From an uncultured delta proteobacterium (GTDB lineage Bacteria; Myxococcota; Kuafuiibacteriia; Kuafuiibacteriales; Kuafuiibacteriaceae), in assembly GCA_963803435.1 (NCBI GenBank), contig CAWDML010000014.1, forward strand, positions 64,001-128,000: a stretch of DNA of 64,000 bases. Direction: 5' to 3'. Positions within the stretch are counted from its first letter, which is position 1. Every line of letters begins with the position of its first letter. A program made the position numbers and the translations under genes. The notes beneath the pieces were generated by a model that worked only from the letters and a program-made list of their open reading frames with translations, was not told the DNA's origin and made no database searches. This document shows positions 1 through 12,168 of the stretch, in pieces.

Positions 1-1
1 G

Positions 2-1480
<1,479 letters not shown>

Positions 1481-1492
1481 GCGCTCGCCGCG

Positions 1493-2362
1493 TCACACCT
1501 CGACCTTGCCGTCGGCCGTGCAGAGCACGCCGTAGAGCTCCGGGCGGCGATCGCGGAAGAAGCCCCAGCCCGCGCGGCGTCGGGCGAGATCGTCGAGGTC
1601 GAAGCGATGGAGGATCACGCCCTCGTCCTGGCGCCCCAGCTCCGCCACCTTGTCACCGCGGGGATCGGCGATGAACGAGGAGCCGTAGAAGCGCTGGCCC
1701 TCCTCCTCGCCGGTACGGTTCGCCGCGACCACCGGGACGATGTTGGCGACGGCGTGACCGATCATGACGCGCTGCCAGGGATCCTTGGTGTCGAGATCGG
1801 GGTCGGCGGGCTCGCTGCCGATCGCGGTCGGGTAGAGGAGGACCTCGGCGCCGAGCAGCATCATCGAGCGGGCGCACTCCGGGAACCATTGGTCCCAGCA
1901 GATCCCGACGCCGATGGTGCCGTGCCGGGTGGGGAAGGCGCGGAAGCCGGTATCGCCGGGGCGGAAGTAGAACTTCTCCTCGTAGCCGGGTCCGTCGGGG
2001 ATGTGGCTCTTGCGATAGACACCGAGGCACGCGCCGTCTGCGTCGAGGACCGCCACGCTGTTGTAGTGAGCCTGCCCGGACCGCTCGAAGAAGGAGATCG
2101 GAATGACCAGCCCGAGCTTCTTCGCGAGCTCCGAGAAGTGCGCGATGGTCTCGTTGCCCTCGAGAGGACGCGCCTCCTCGAAGGACTCGGACCGCTCGTG
2201 GCGGCAGAAGTACGGGCCCTCGAAGAGCTCGGGCGGCAGCACGATCTGGGCGCCGAGGGCGGCCGCACCACGCACGTGCTCAGCGACGCGGGCGACGTTC
2301 TCCCGGCGCGAGCCGCCGAGCGGACACTGGATCGCGGCGACGGTCACCGTGCGTCCATTCAT
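1493..2362 (-). CDS. aguB: N-carbamoylputrescine amidase (nitrilase family)
   Basis: PELF, YRKSHIPDGPGYEEKFYF, GICWDQWFPE, YPTAIGSEP, FFRDRRPELY; coupled to agmatine deiminase. Confidence 0.93.
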   Translation of the reverse strand: MNGRTVTVAAIQCPLGGSRRENVARVAEHVRGAAALGAQIVLPPELFEGPYFCRHERSESFEEARPLEGNETIAHFSELAKKLGLVIPISFFERSGQAHYNSVAVLDADGACLGVYRKSHIPDGPGYEEKFYFRPGDTGFRAFPTRHGTIGVGICWDQWFPECARSMMLLGAEVLLYPTAIGSEPADPDLDTKDPWQRVMIGHAVANIVPVVAANRTGEEEGQRFYGSSFIADPRGDKVAELGRQDEGVILHRFDLDDLARRRAGWGFFRDRRPELYGVLCTADGKVEV

Positions 2363-3376
2363 TGTTCACCTCCGAGCGGGAGCTGCTGAGTGATGCAGTG
2401 GAACGCGCCGCCGCCCTCGAGGATCGCCCGGGCGGAGACGCCGGCGACGCGGCGGTCGGGAAAGAGCGACGCGATCGCCTCGAGGGCCGGCTCGTCGGCC
2501 GGCACGCCGTACTGCGGGACCACGACGGTCCGGTTGGCGATGTAGAAGTTGACGTAGCTCGCGGGCATGAGGTCTCCCTCGCCGGTGAGCACGCGCCCGG
2601 GGGACGGCACGACCGCGACGTCGAGCCTCATGGACTCGAGGTCGCGGTGGATCGCGAGGAGCGCCTCACGGTTCGGATCGTCCGGCTCGGGGCGCATGCA
2701 GACGACCACGCCGGGACGGACGAAGCGCGCCAGCGTGTCGACGTGGCCGTCGGTGTGGTCGTTCGCGAGCCCGTCGCCCAGCCAGAGGATCCGCTCGGCG
2801 CCCAACCAGCGCGAGAGCTCGGCCTCGAGGCGCTCGGGATCGAGCCCCGGGTTGCGGTTGGGATTCTGCAAGCACTGCCGGGTCGTCAGGAGCAGTCCGG
2901 CGCCGTCGACCTCGACGCTGCCGCCCTCGAGCACGAAGTCAGCCTCGAAGATCGGCGAGGGCGAGCGCCTCCGCGATCGATCCCGCGACCCGATCGTCGT
3001 GCGGCAGGAGGTACTTCTCACCCCAGCCGTTGAAGCGAAAGACCGCGGAGGCGCGGCCGCCCCGCTCGTCGACCAGGAAGACGGGCGCGATGTCGCGAAG
3101 CCAGATGTCGCCGAACGGGATCCGGTACCAGGTGATCGGCAGGTGGCCGATCGCGCGCCGGGCGCTGGCCTCAGCCGCGTCGTCGGGGACCAAGACCGAG
3201 AGCGGCTCGCCCTCGGCGATCGCCTCGGCCAGCCCGGCGACCTCGCGGCGGGCAGGCTCGAGATGCTCGCGCCAGAGATCGGCCGCGCTCGGCCACGCGA
3301 GGAACGTGGTCTCGTGCTCGTTCCACTCCGCAGGCTGTCGATAGCCCGCGTCCCCCGGCGCTCGCACGGCCTTCAC
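2359..3376 (-). CDS. aguA: agmatine deiminase, split by a +1 frameshift near 2955 (sequencing error or pseudogene)
   Basis: N-half 2939..3376 has PAEW, DIWLRD, FNGWG; C-half 2359..3021 has LEGGS, DHTDGHVD, SYVNFY, GGGAFHCITQQ; removing one base joins them. Confidence 0.9.
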
Positions 3377-3409
3377 GATCGGACCCGTTACCGAACGCGA
3401 TCGGGTTGA

Positions 3410-5416
3410 TCAAGCCGAAGCCGAGAGCTCGCGGTGCACGCCCGTGAGGTAGCGCCCGCGCAGGATGCGGCAGGGAGCCTCAGCGGCGCTGGCGCCCGCA
3501 ATCGCGCTTGCGGCACCAGCCAGGATTGGGAGACCCGCCTCCTCGAGGGAGCGGGCCGCGCCGAGGAGCGCGCTCCGCCGGCGCTCGTTCAGCGCACCGC
3601 GACCCATCTCCGCCAGCTCCTCGAGCATCGACTCGAACGCTCGCAGGCGATGGAGGCTCGCCGAGTCGATCGGGGCCTCCGGCTCGCGCTCCTCCTCGCC
3701 CTCGTGCGGAGCGGAGGCCTCCTCGGAGCCCGCCCCCGGTGCGGGCGCGCCACCGTCGAGGCCGAGGTTCACGATCCCGTCGCGCGTGTAGAGGCTGTAG
3801 GGACGCATCCTCAGCTGCCCCTCGGCGAGGTAGGCACGCCCCATGAGTCCCCAGAGCCCGACCGCGTCCGGATCGAGCCGCTCGAGCGCTTCAATCGCGG
3901 CCTCGTTGGCGGCGCCGTGGGACACGCCCAGCACGAGCGGGCGCTGGTCGGCGTCGAAGACCTCGAGGACGAACACCTGGCGGATCTCATCGAAGGATCT
4001 CGCGCCGAAGCGGGCCGGGCGCACCACCGCGAGGCCCGCAATCGGATCATACGACCCGAGGCCCGCGGGCCGCGCACGCTCCACCGCCCCGCGGAGCCGA
4101 TCGAAGTCGGCAAAGACGCGATCCGTCGCCGCGAGCTCCGACGGGTCCGAGGGCCCGATCACCTGCGCCTTCGATCGGGTCGAGGCCGAGAGGCGGTGCT
4201 GGTCGTTTCGCCGGGCGTGGAAGAGCTTGAAGCGCGACCGCGAGGCCAGCGCCGGATCGCGCATCCCCTCCCAGGGACCCGGCGCCCGGTATCGCGCCTC
4301 GGGCGAGTACTCCGCGTACTGCGCCGGCCGCGAGTCGGACCACGCGTACCACTCGCCGCTCCTCGACTCGCGGAACACCACCGTGAGCCCCAGATAACCG
4401 GACGACGTCCGCCAGGGATACGCGCCCAGCCCGGAGAGCTCGAGCGCACCGATCTCGCGGTAGCGCGTGCGGTGCCGGCCCACCAGCTCGGAGGACGCTT
4501 CGTCCTTCGCCGAGCCGAGCGCAGCGGCCAGCGCGTACGCCCTCGACACCGCGCCGAAGAGCCTGGCCTCGTCCGACTGCGCGCGGCGCTCGACCATCAG
4601 CGCCGTGTCGTCGGCGGTGCGTTTGAGCTCGAGGGCCAGCCGGGGAAGGTTGACGCCGACCGCCGAGATCGCGAGCGTGGTGAGCCGCGCCTCCGCGGTC
4701 TCGGTGAGATGCGTGAGGCCCGCGTCGATCATCTCCTCGAACAGCGACGTCGCCGAGCCGAGCACCTCGGCGCGCGTGCGGGGCGCTCCCTCGGCTGCCG
4801 CCAGCGCCGCGGCCTCGATCTGCTCGGGCCCCGGATGTCCGCGACGCTTCCGGAGCGCGAGGATCGCGGCCACCAGGTACTTCTCGGGATCGCGGCCGCG
4901 CGCGTCGGTGATCGCGCCCTGGTAGCCTCCGCCGGGGAACCAGCGCACCTCCACCAGGCTCTCGGGGAAGAAGACGCGGAGCGACTCGCCCAGCTCGATC
5001 TCCGGCTCCGGGTCGGCGCCGAGCACCGCGATCGCCTCCCGGACCACGCGTTTGGTGGCGAGCTTCTCCGGATCGAGCGCCAGGATCTCGGCCTCGAGCG
5101 CCGCAGGATCGACGGCAGGCGCCTCGGCCCGCCCCGGCTCGTTTCGGAGGAAGAGGACCGCCGTCAGGATGTGGCGACAGATCTCGAAACCGGGGCAGCT
5201 GCAGCGCGCCTGCCGCGGGCCGCGCTCGTCGAGCTCCACCGTCTCGGCGCCCACCCGGATCGCGAGCGGCGCCGAGGCGGTCTCGAGCACGACCGGGACC
5301 CTCGCGAGATCCTTGGCGGCGCGGCGCAACAGCCCCTTGCTGGCGAGCGCGGCCAGCGCCGCGTCGTCGTAGCGCTCGCGATAGAGCGCGCTCAGGCGAT
5401 CGCTTTCACCAGCCAC
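3410..5416 (-). CDS. SWIM zinc-finger protein (YehQ-like); start uncertain (about 5395-5416)
   Basis: CSCPGFEICRH SWIM motif after LASKGLLRRA; follows the VWA gene; the longer 5' extension in the ORF track overlaps the VWA gene. Confidence 0.8.
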   Translation of the reverse strand: MAGESDRLSALYRERYDDAALAALASKGLLRRAAKDLARVPVVLETASAPLAIRVGAETVELDERGPRQARCSCPGFEICRHILTAVLFLRNEPGRAEAPAVDPAALEAEILALDPEKLATKRVVREAIAVLGADPEPEIELGESLRVFFPESLVEVRWFPGGGYQGAITDARGRDPEKYLVAAILALRKRRGHPGPEQIEAAALAAAEGAPRTRAEVLGSATSLFEEMIDAGLTHLTETAEARLTTLAISAVGVNLPRLALELKRTADDTALMVERRAQSDEARLFGAVSRAYALAAALGSAKDEASSELVGRHRTRYREIGALELSGLGAYPWRTSSGYLGLTVVFRESRSGEWYAWSDSRPAQYAEYSPEARYRAPGPWEGMRDPALASRSRFKLFHARRNDQHRLSASTRSKAQVIGPSDPSELAATDRVFADFDRLRGAVERARPAGLGSYDPIAGLAVVRPARFGARSFDEIRQVFVLEVFDADQRPLVLGVSHGAANEAAIEALERLDPDAVGLWGLMGRAYLAEGQLRMRPYSLYTRDGIVNLGLDGGAPAPGAGSEEASAPHEGEEEREPEAPIDSASLHRLRAFESMLEELAEMGRGALNERRRSALLGAARSLEEAGLPILAGAASAIAGASAAEAPCRILRGRYLTGVHRELSASA

Positions 5417-6516
5417 TCCGCCAGCCTCTTCGGCGTCAGCGCCGCGATCTCCATGCCCGCCGCGGCCAGGGCCTCGGCGGTGCTCCGGTCGTAGATCGGC
5501 CGCGCGCGCTCGTCGAGCGCCGCCAGCCCGAGCACCTTCACGCCCGCCTCCGCCAACCGTCGCACGTTGGCCTCCAGCACCTGGGGCGAGGCACCTTCGC
5601 AGAAGTCGGTGATCAACACGACGATCGTGCGATGGGGATTCTCGATCAGCGACTCGGCATACGCGACCGCCCGACCGATGTTGGTACCGCCGCCGAGCTG
5701 TACGCTCATCAGCACCTCGACCGGATCGTCGGCCATACCGGAGAGATCCACGACCTCGGTGTCGAAAACGAACAGCTTCACGCGCACGCTGGGGAGCGAC
5801 GCCAGGATCGCGGCCATCACCGCGCCGTGGATCACGGACTGGGTCATGCTGCCGCTCTGATCGATCGCCAGCACGATCTCCCAGGGGAGACGCCGCTCGA
5901 TGCGCGAGAAGAAGCGAACCTCTTCGAGCGCGAGTTGCCTCCGCTCGGGGTTCCAGTGGCGCAGGTTGAGGCGGATCGTGCGCCTCCAATCGAAGTTCCT
6001 GGCCACGCGGAGCGGGCCGTGCCGGAGCCGATCCTGCTTGCCGGCCAGGGTGCGCCGCACCTCTTCCTCGAGCCTGCGCCGGAGGTCGTCGACGACCTCG
6101 CGGACGATCCGGCGCGCCACGTCCAGAGAGCGGCCCTCGAGGTGCCCGCGGAAGGCGAGGATGGCCGCCAGCAGATCCATGTTCGGCGTCAGCCGGCCGA
6201 GCACCTCGGGATCCGTGATCAGCTCGGTCATCCCGTAGCGTTCGAGCGCATGCCGCTCGATGCGCTCGGAGGTGTCCTCGGGGAACAGCTCGCGCACCTC
6301 GGAGAGCCAGCGCGGCACGCTCAGCTGGCTCGGATCCAGGGAGGCGCCGGGGCCACCCGCGCGGGCGCCGCGCCCCGCGTACTCGCGGCCGTAGAGGAAG
6401 TCGAGCGCGTCCTCGCGGCGGCGTTCGAGCTCGTCCTTCGGCATCGGGAGCGCGCGTCTCGCGTAGCGCCCGAGCAACAGGCGCCAGCGGCGCAGCACGG
6501 CCTCTGGATCGCTCAT
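5392..6516 (-). CDS. VWA domain protein (YehP/CoxE-like)
   Basis: RRWRLLLG N-terminus, MIDAS DQSGSM, VQLGGGTNI, ITDFCEG. Confidence 0.92.
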   Translation of the reverse strand: MSDPEAVLRRWRLLLGRYARRALPMPKDELERRREDALDFLYGREYAGRGARAGGPGASLDPSQLSVPRWLSEVRELFPEDTSERIERHALERYGMTELITDPEVLGRLTPNMDLLAAILAFRGHLEGRSLDVARRIVREVVDDLRRRLEEEVRRTLAGKQDRLRHGPLRVARNFDWRRTIRLNLRHWNPERRQLALEEVRFFSRIERRLPWEIVLAIDQSGSMTQSVIHGAVMAAILASLPSVRVKLFVFDTEVVDLSGMADDPVEVLMSVQLGGGTNIGRAVAYAESLIENPHRTIVVLITDFCEGASPQVLEANVRRLAEAGVKVLGLAALDERARPIYDRSTAEALAAAGMEIAALTPKRLAEWLVKAIA

Positions 6517-8921
6517 TCGCCCCACCCTTCCAGGCCGTCGCGAGCGAGCACGGTGCGGACGTGCCTCGTCATTTGCAGGTTTGCCTGCACTTCCTCTGCG
6601 CTCACGTCGAATCGCACCAGGTCACCGAGCGCGCCGCCCTGCTGTCTTCCCACCAGCGCGGCCAGCCAATCGACCTCCTTCGGCGTCAGCTCGGCGAAGG
6701 CCAGCCGCAGCTCGGGGAGCGCGGAGAGGAAGTCGCCTTCGGCCCATCCTTCGAGGAGCGCGCTGACCTCGCGCACGAAGCCGGGGACGCGCCACGCCAC
6801 CTCGCGGGCCGTCGCCAGCACGCCGCGCAGGAACGCGGTCCGGGTGCGCGCGGAGCGGTCGGCGCCGCGGAGATGCCCGATCAGCAGGGCCATCAGACGG
6901 TCCTCGGTGATCCGCCCATCGGCGAAGGAGAGACCGGCCGCACCACCTAGGATGGCGCCGTTGTCGCCGCCCAGCTCGAGCGTGCGCGCGAGCGCGTCGT
7001 GGAGCAGCGAGGCGTCGAGGAGCTCGGCGCGGGCGGGCGTGAGGAGGCCGCGGACGGTGGCGAGTCCCGCGAGTGCGCCACGCTCCTCCGTCTCCGCGGT
7101 GGAGCCCAGGCGATCGATCAGGTACGTCGCGCGCTGGTACACCGCGCGCACCAGCTCGGGGAGCTGCGGCAGGCGAAACGCCTCCAGCGGCTCCCGCGAC
7201 TCCCACAGCAGCATCAGCTCCTCGAGCGCGGCCACCAGGGAGCCGAAGCTCGGATCCTCACCGGCCACCGCCAGGATCACGCGGGCGATCCGGTCGGCGC
7301 GATCGACCAGCCCCATCCGCAGCGCCGCCGTCAGGAGCGACACCGCAGAACGCGCGCTCCGAGACGCCCCGCTCGCCTCCAGCGCACCCGTGCGTTCGAG
7401 GAGCAGCGTGCCGGCCGCCTCGTCGACGCTGGCCCCGTACGCCATCCGCTCGATCAGCGTGCTCTCCACCTCGGGCGTCCAGCACCAGGACCAGAGCTCC
7501 TGGATGCGCTCGAGCTCGCGCCCGGCCGCGAAGTCCGGACCGGCGATCAGCTCTGCGAACGGCACCTCGAGGAACGAGAGCGCGTGGAAGAACCGGCTGG
7601 TCCTGCGGTGCAGCTCGTTCTTGTAGAGCTCGAGCGTGGACTCCCGCCGCGCCGCCTGCCGCACGTCGAGCCGGAGCTCCCGCGCGAGTCGATGGAAGTC
7701 GTCCGCGATGGGCGGGCTGCCGGCCTCCGGCGGGACTGCGCCGACCTTCGCGCCGGCAAGCTGCCTCTTCACCTGGGCCATCACCAGCGCGCCCTCCGCG
7801 TCGAGCGCACCCTTGACGAAGCAGCTCCGGATCGCGTCGAGCACGTCCTCGCGCGACGGTCCCGGCCGGCCGCGCATCTCGGCGAGTCGGACCGCCGTCG
7901 CGATCGCGTCGATCACCTGCGCCGTCGACACCACGGGCCCGGTGCGCCGCTTGCGCGTGGCGCGCGATAGATCCACCAGAACCTCGACCGCCGCGCTCCG
8001 CAGCGCGGTCGCCGCCGGCCGGCCTCGCTCGAGGTGGGTCCACACGCGCGCGTAGTAGCCGGGCGCCGGCATCCCCGCCGAGTAGCCATTGAGCGCGTCC
8101 AGCTGATCGAACGAGTAGCGCATCAAGAGCGTGCTGGCGCGCGCCGGGTCCCGGACCGGGAGCGGCCTCCTCTTCGGCTTCTCGCGCAGGAGCACCGGCA
8201 GATGCACCGTGTGGAAGCCGCCCGTGACCACCACGATCGGCGCGACGCCCTCCTCGAGCGCCGACGCCACGTGCGAGGCCATATTCCGCTCGCGCGCCAG
8301 GTTGCCCTCGGCCGCGAGCGCCTCCTCGGTGTACTCGATCCGCGACAGTGCGCAGTAGACTGCGACCTCGTCGATGAACCGCTCGATCGAGAGCTCGGGG
8401 CCGCGAACCTCGAAGAGGTGATCCCAGAGCTCGTCGTGATCGCGGCAGCCGGTGCGCGCCGCCAGCCGATCCAGATAGACCGATTGCCGAAGATAGATCT
8501 CCTGGAGCAGCGACTCGACCTCGAAGCCGAGGGCGCCCGGACGCTCGTCCTTCTCGGCGCGGACCTTCTCGGGATAGGTGAGATCGACGAACGAGAGCCT
8601 GGCCCCGCAGGCGTGCCCGATCCGGAGCGCCACCAGCTCGGGCGAGTAGTCGCAGAAAGGGTAGTAGCCTCCGTGGCGGAGCCGGCCCACATAGGTGCAG
8701 TACGCGGCGAACGGCGTGCGCGTCCGCGGGTCGAGCAGGTGCGGGATCAACGGGGTGAGATCCTCCGGCCCCTCGATCATCACCGCCTGCGGCCGGACCT
8801 GCTCGATCAACCGGCGCACCTGGAGCGCGCACGCCGGGCTGTGGTGGCGGATCGGAACCCACCAGATCCCGCGGGCCCGATCCTCGGCGAGGAGGTCCCG
8901 GATCCTCAGCGCTTCAGCCAT
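6513..8921 (-). CDS. DUF5682/YehM-like protein
   Basis: PIRHHSPACA, IEGP, YPFCDYSPE, ARERNMA, VTGGFH, GYSAGMPAPGYY; ATG at 8921 overlaps the AAA gene end. Confidence 0.88.
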   Translation of the reverse strand: MAEALRIRDLLAEDRARGIWWVPIRHHSPACALQVRRLIEQVRPQAVMIEGPEDLTPLIPHLLDPRTRTPFAAYCTYVGRLRHGGYYPFCDYSPELVALRIGHACGARLSFVDLTYPEKVRAEKDERPGALGFEVESLLQEIYLRQSVYLDRLAARTGCRDHDELWDHLFEVRGPELSIERFIDEVAVYCALSRIEYTEEALAAEGNLARERNMASHVASALEEGVAPIVVVTGGFHTVHLPVLLREKPKRRPLPVRDPARASTLLMRYSFDQLDALNGYSAGMPAPGYYARVWTHLERGRPAATALRSAAVEVLVDLSRATRKRRTGPVVSTAQVIDAIATAVRLAEMRGRPGPSREDVLDAIRSCFVKGALDAEGALVMAQVKRQLAGAKVGAVPPEAGSPPIADDFHRLARELRLDVRQAARRESTLELYKNELHRRTSRFFHALSFLEVPFAELIAGPDFAAGRELERIQELWSWCWTPEVESTLIERMAYGASVDEAAGTLLLERTGALEASGASRSARSAVSLLTAALRMGLVDRADRIARVILAVAGEDPSFGSLVAALEELMLLWESREPLEAFRLPQLPELVRAVYQRATYLIDRLGSTAETEERGALAGLATVRGLLTPARAELLDASLLHDALARTLELGGDNGAILGGAAGLSFADGRITEDRLMALLIGHLRGADRSARTRTAFLRGVLATAREVAWRVPGFVREVSALLEGWAEGDFLSALPELRLAFAELTPKEVDWLAALVGRQQGGALGDLVRFDVSAEEVQANLQMTRHVRTVLARDGLEGWGE

Positions 8922-10009
8922 TTCCTCGCGTCGTAGTAGGCCTTCCACAGCGCGCTGTCCTTGGCGCGGCCCTTGACCACCACGTCGAAGTACTGGCGGA
9001 GCCGCTTCTCGTCGTCGGCGTTGTCCTTGAGCACCGTGCCGATCAGCTGGCGCGCCACGTGCTCGCTCCTCATCGCGCCGTCGCCGAACCAGCGCGCGTC
9101 GAGCCCGGCGGACACACCGACGGCGACCGCCTCGGCCGTCGACATGACGGTGCTCGGCTTCTCCAGCTGTGTCCCGTCCTCGGTCCGGCCCGCCCGCAGA
9201 TCGTGAAACGTGGTCACCAGCAGATCGACGACATCCTCGGGGACGGCGACCTCGACCCCGGCGGCCGCCAGCTGCGCGCAGATCTGATCCATCACCAGCT
9301 TCACCTCGAGGCGCTTGTCCGGGATCGGCATAACGGTCTCGAAGTTGAACCGCCGCTTGAGCGCGCTCGACATCTCGTGGACGCCGCGGTCGCGGATGTT
9401 GGCGGTGGCGACCACGTTGAAGCCCTTGCGCGCGAACAGGACCGCGTGCTCGGTGCCCTCCAGCTCGGGGACGTGCAGCACCTTGTCGGAGAGGACCGAG
9501 ACCATCGTGTCCTGGATCTCCGGCTGGCACCGCGTGATCTCCTCGAAGCGGATCAGGAGGCCCTGCTCCATCCCGAGGTAGAGCGGGCCCTTCACCAGCG
9601 CGCCGATCCCCGGGCCCTCCGCCAGGAGCCGCGCGTAGTTCCAGGAGTACCGGATCTGGTCCTCCGTGGTGCCGGCGGTGCCCTGGATGGTGTTTTGCGA
9701 GGTCCCCGAGATCGCGGCCGCCAGGAGCTCCGAGAGCATCGACTTGGCGGTCCCGGGCTCCCCCACCAGGAGGAGCCCGCGGTTCGACATGAGCGTGACG
9801 ATCGATCGATCGATCAGCGTGTCGTCGCCGAAGAACTTCTTCTCGATCTTGGGCCCCGACTTCTTGCCGTCGTCGCCGAGGATGAAGGTGCGGACGGCCT
9901 TGGGAGAGAGGAGCCAGCCCTCGGGCCGCGGCCCGGGATCCCACGCGCGGAGCGCCTCGAGCTCGACCCGATGCTGGACCTCCGCCGACTCTCTGAGCAC
10001 GCCCGCCAT
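8906..10009 (-). CDS. MoxR-family AAA+ ATPase (YehL-like)
   Basis: GEPGTAKS, QGTAGTTED, RFEEITRC, ATANIRDRGVHEMSSALKRRFNF. Confidence 0.93.
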   Translation of the reverse strand: MAGVLRESAEVQHRVELEALRAWDPGPRPEGWLLSPKAVRTFILGDDGKKSGPKIEKKFFGDDTLIDRSIVTLMSNRGLLLVGEPGTAKSMLSELLAAAISGTSQNTIQGTAGTTEDQIRYSWNYARLLAEGPGIGALVKGPLYLGMEQGLLIRFEEITRCQPEIQDTMVSVLSDKVLHVPELEGTEHAVLFARKGFNVVATANIRDRGVHEMSSALKRRFNFETVMPIPDKRLEVKLVMDQICAQLAAAGVEVAVPEDVVDLLVTTFHDLRAGRTEDGTQLEKPSTVMSTAEAVAVGVSAGLDARWFGDGAMRSEHVARQLIGTVLKDNADDEKRLRQYFDVVVKGRAKDSALWKAYYDARKWLKR

Positions 10010-10035
10010 CGGCGGCCTTGTAGCACGCAATCCCG

Positions 10036-10698
10036 TCAGAGGCTGATGATGCCCTCGCGGATGCCTTCGGTGACGGCCTCGAGGCGGTTCGTCACGTCGA
10101 GCTTCTCGTAGATGTGCTCGAGGTGCGTTCGGATGGTCGCCTTCGAGAGGCCGAGCACCTTGGCCGCCTCGTTGTTCGAGAGGCCCTTGGCGATGATCTG
10201 CAGGATCTCCAGCTCTCGCTTCGTCAGGTTGGTGACCGCCTCAGGATTGTAGGTGGGGACGGAGACCTGCTTGGGCGGCGCCGCGATCAGCTTGAGGAGC
10301 GCGCGGGCCAGGTTCGGCTGGATGACGGAGCCGCCCTCGTTCACGTCTTTGATCGCTTCGACGATCTTCTCGACCGGAGTGCCCTTGAGCAGATAACCGG
10401 CGGCACCCGCGACGACGGCCTCGATCACCTTCTCCTCCTCGTCGAAGATGGTGAAGATCAGGATGTTGATCTCGGGGTGGCTGGCCTTCACGCTGCGGGT
10501 CACGTCCATCCCCGACATGCGCGGGAGCCCGAGGTCGAGCAGGATGACGTCGGGCTTCAGCGCGTCGAGCTGTTCGAGCGCGTGCTCACCCGAGAGGGCC
10601 TCGCCGACGATCTCGATCTCGCCGAACTCGTCCAGTAGCTTGCTCTGCGCCTTGAGGATGTTGGGTTGGTCTTCGACGATGAGGACGCGGATCGGCAT
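10036..10698 (-). CDS. NarL/LuxR-family response regulator
   Basis: Receiver VED...LLDLGLP...GYLLK; LuxR HTH LTKRELEIL...GLSNNEAA. Confidence 0.95.
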   Translation of the reverse strand: MPIRVLIVEDQPNILKAQSKLLDEFGEIEIVGEALSGEHALEQLDALKPDVILLDLGLPRMSGMDVTRSVKASHPEINILIFTIFDEEEKVIEAVVAGAAGYLLKGTPVEKIVEAIKDVNEGGSVIQPNLARALLKLIAAPPKQVSVPTYNPEAVTNLTKRELEILQIIAKGLSNNEAAKVLGLSKATIRTHLEHIYEKLDVTNRLEAVTEGIREGIISL

Positions 10699-10739
10699 GG
10701 CCCCCAGCATAAGCCGCATCGGGCCGGAGGTCGCGCACG

Positions 10740-12167
10740 TCATCCTTCGGCGGCCAGACAGGGCGGATCACCCTCTTCGAGCAGGATCACCCGCAGCATA
10801 TCGGTGTTGCGGCGCAGGTAGACCACGAAGATCGTGGGCCCGGCCCGGGCCACCAGCAGCCCGAAGGCCTCCAGCGCGTCGCGCTCGCAGTAACCGATCG
10901 AGGGGTGGTACGTCGCCAGCAGGGGCTGGCCGTCGTCGAAGCCCGCATAGAGGAAGCCGCCGCCCGACCGCACCATGGTCACGATCGGGAAGGAGGTCTC
11001 GGCGCGCCGGGAGAAGGCCGGCTCCCAGGTGACCTCGCCGCGGCGGACCAGATCGCCCTCGCAGGTCCCGGCGAACGTGCCCAGGTCGCTCGACAGCACG
11101 GAGGCGGGTGTCCCCGCGATCCCCGGGACCGGCTCCTCGAACGCCTGCCCCTCCCGGTAGCGAAGGAGCATCCCGGGCGGCTCGCCCGCCCCGAGCCCGA
11201 GCGCCTCACCCGGCGCAATCCAGGTTGCGCTCGCGGGGAGCGGTTGCCGGCCTCCGGCGATCCCGAGATCACAGATGGCCTCCTCGGATCCGGAGTAGAC
11301 CGTCTGCCACTCGGCACCGTCGAAGCGCACCATCATGTGCGAGTTGGTCACTGCGAACAGCTCGAAGGGTGCGTCGCCGTGCGATCCGGTCAGCGCCACC
11401 GAGGTCCCGGTGGCGGGTGAGACCACCGGGAGCACCTCGAACCCGGACTCGAGCGTGCCGTGCGCCAGCCGGCCGTCGGCCGCGTAGAGCCAGAGCCCGC
11501 CCGAGTCGTCTCGGAACGCCGCACGGAACTCGATCGACTCGGGTCGCTCGCCCAGGCCGAGCTCCTCGATCTGCTGGTAGCTCCCGTCGTCGGCGATCTC
11601 GTACAGGTGTCCCACCGAGGTTCCGAGGAGCATCCGGTGATCGTCGATCGCCTGGGCGAATACGGGTTGATCGCTCGGCGAGGTGGCGGCGATGCGGACG
11701 TCGGCCGTCCTCCGGTACGGCGGCGAGTAGTGGTCGCAGACGTTGGTCGCCGGAAGATCGAGGAGCAGCAGCGCGTCCTGCATCCTCGGGTCCGGCTCCG
11801 AGAGCGTCTTCCAGGGCGCCTGCACGCCGTCCTCGATCTTCGCGGCCAAGAGCTTCTTCGGTGGCGGGGTGCGCGGGTCGTCGTACTCGGGAAACTCGTG
11901 GAGCGTCTGCGCACCCGGGATCAGGCCCACGTCCTGGAGCGGACACGCGAACGTCATGGCCAGGAGCTCGACGCTCCTCTCGTAGGCGAGCCCGGGCGGC
12001 GTGGGGTCGAGGCCGGCGCTGCCGACGTTCGTCGCCCACAGCCCGCTCAGCTGGCCGTCGACGTAGATCCAGAGCAGCGCCGAGCGCCCCTCGAACGCGC
12101 TCGAGTCGACCTCGACGTTCGAGTGACACCCGGCCAGCAGCAGGGCGAGCAGCCACCGTCTCCGCAC
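10740..12167 (-). CDS. hypothetical lipoprotein, probable beta-propeller
   Basis: MRRRWLLALLLAGC lipobox; beta-rich repeats; 1 nt from the PEGA gene. Confidence 0.7.
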   Translation of the reverse strand: MRRRWLLALLLAGCHSNVEVDSSAFEGRSALLWIYVDGQLSGLWATNVGSAGLDPTPPGLAYERSVELLAMTFACPLQDVGLIPGAQTLHEFPEYDDPRTPPPKKLLAAKIEDGVQAPWKTLSEPDPRMQDALLLLDLPATNVCDHYSPPYRRTADVRIAATSPSDQPVFAQAIDDHRMLLGTSVGHLYEIADDGSYQQIEELGLGERPESIEFRAAFRDDSGGLWLYAADGRLAHGTLESGFEVLPVVSPATGTSVALTGSHGDAPFELFAVTNSHMMVRFDGAEWQTVYSGSEEAICDLGIAGGRQPLPASATWIAPGEALGLGAGEPPGMLLRYREGQAFEEPVPGIAGTPASVLSSDLGTFAGTCEGDLVRRGEVTWEPAFSRRAETSFPIVTMVRSGGGFLYAGFDDGQPLLATYHPSIGYCERDALEAFGLLVARAGPTIFVVYLRRNTDMLRVILLEEGDPPCLAAEG

Positions 12168-12168
12168 G

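Noticed and set aside
5417-5989. N-terminal extension of the 859-aa SWIM ORF
   Set aside because: Overlaps the VWA gene out of frame; low-complexity translation
8922-9944. N-terminal 341 aa of the 1143-aa ORF
   Set aside because: Alternative frame of the AAA ATPase; the real DUF5682 protein starts at about 8921
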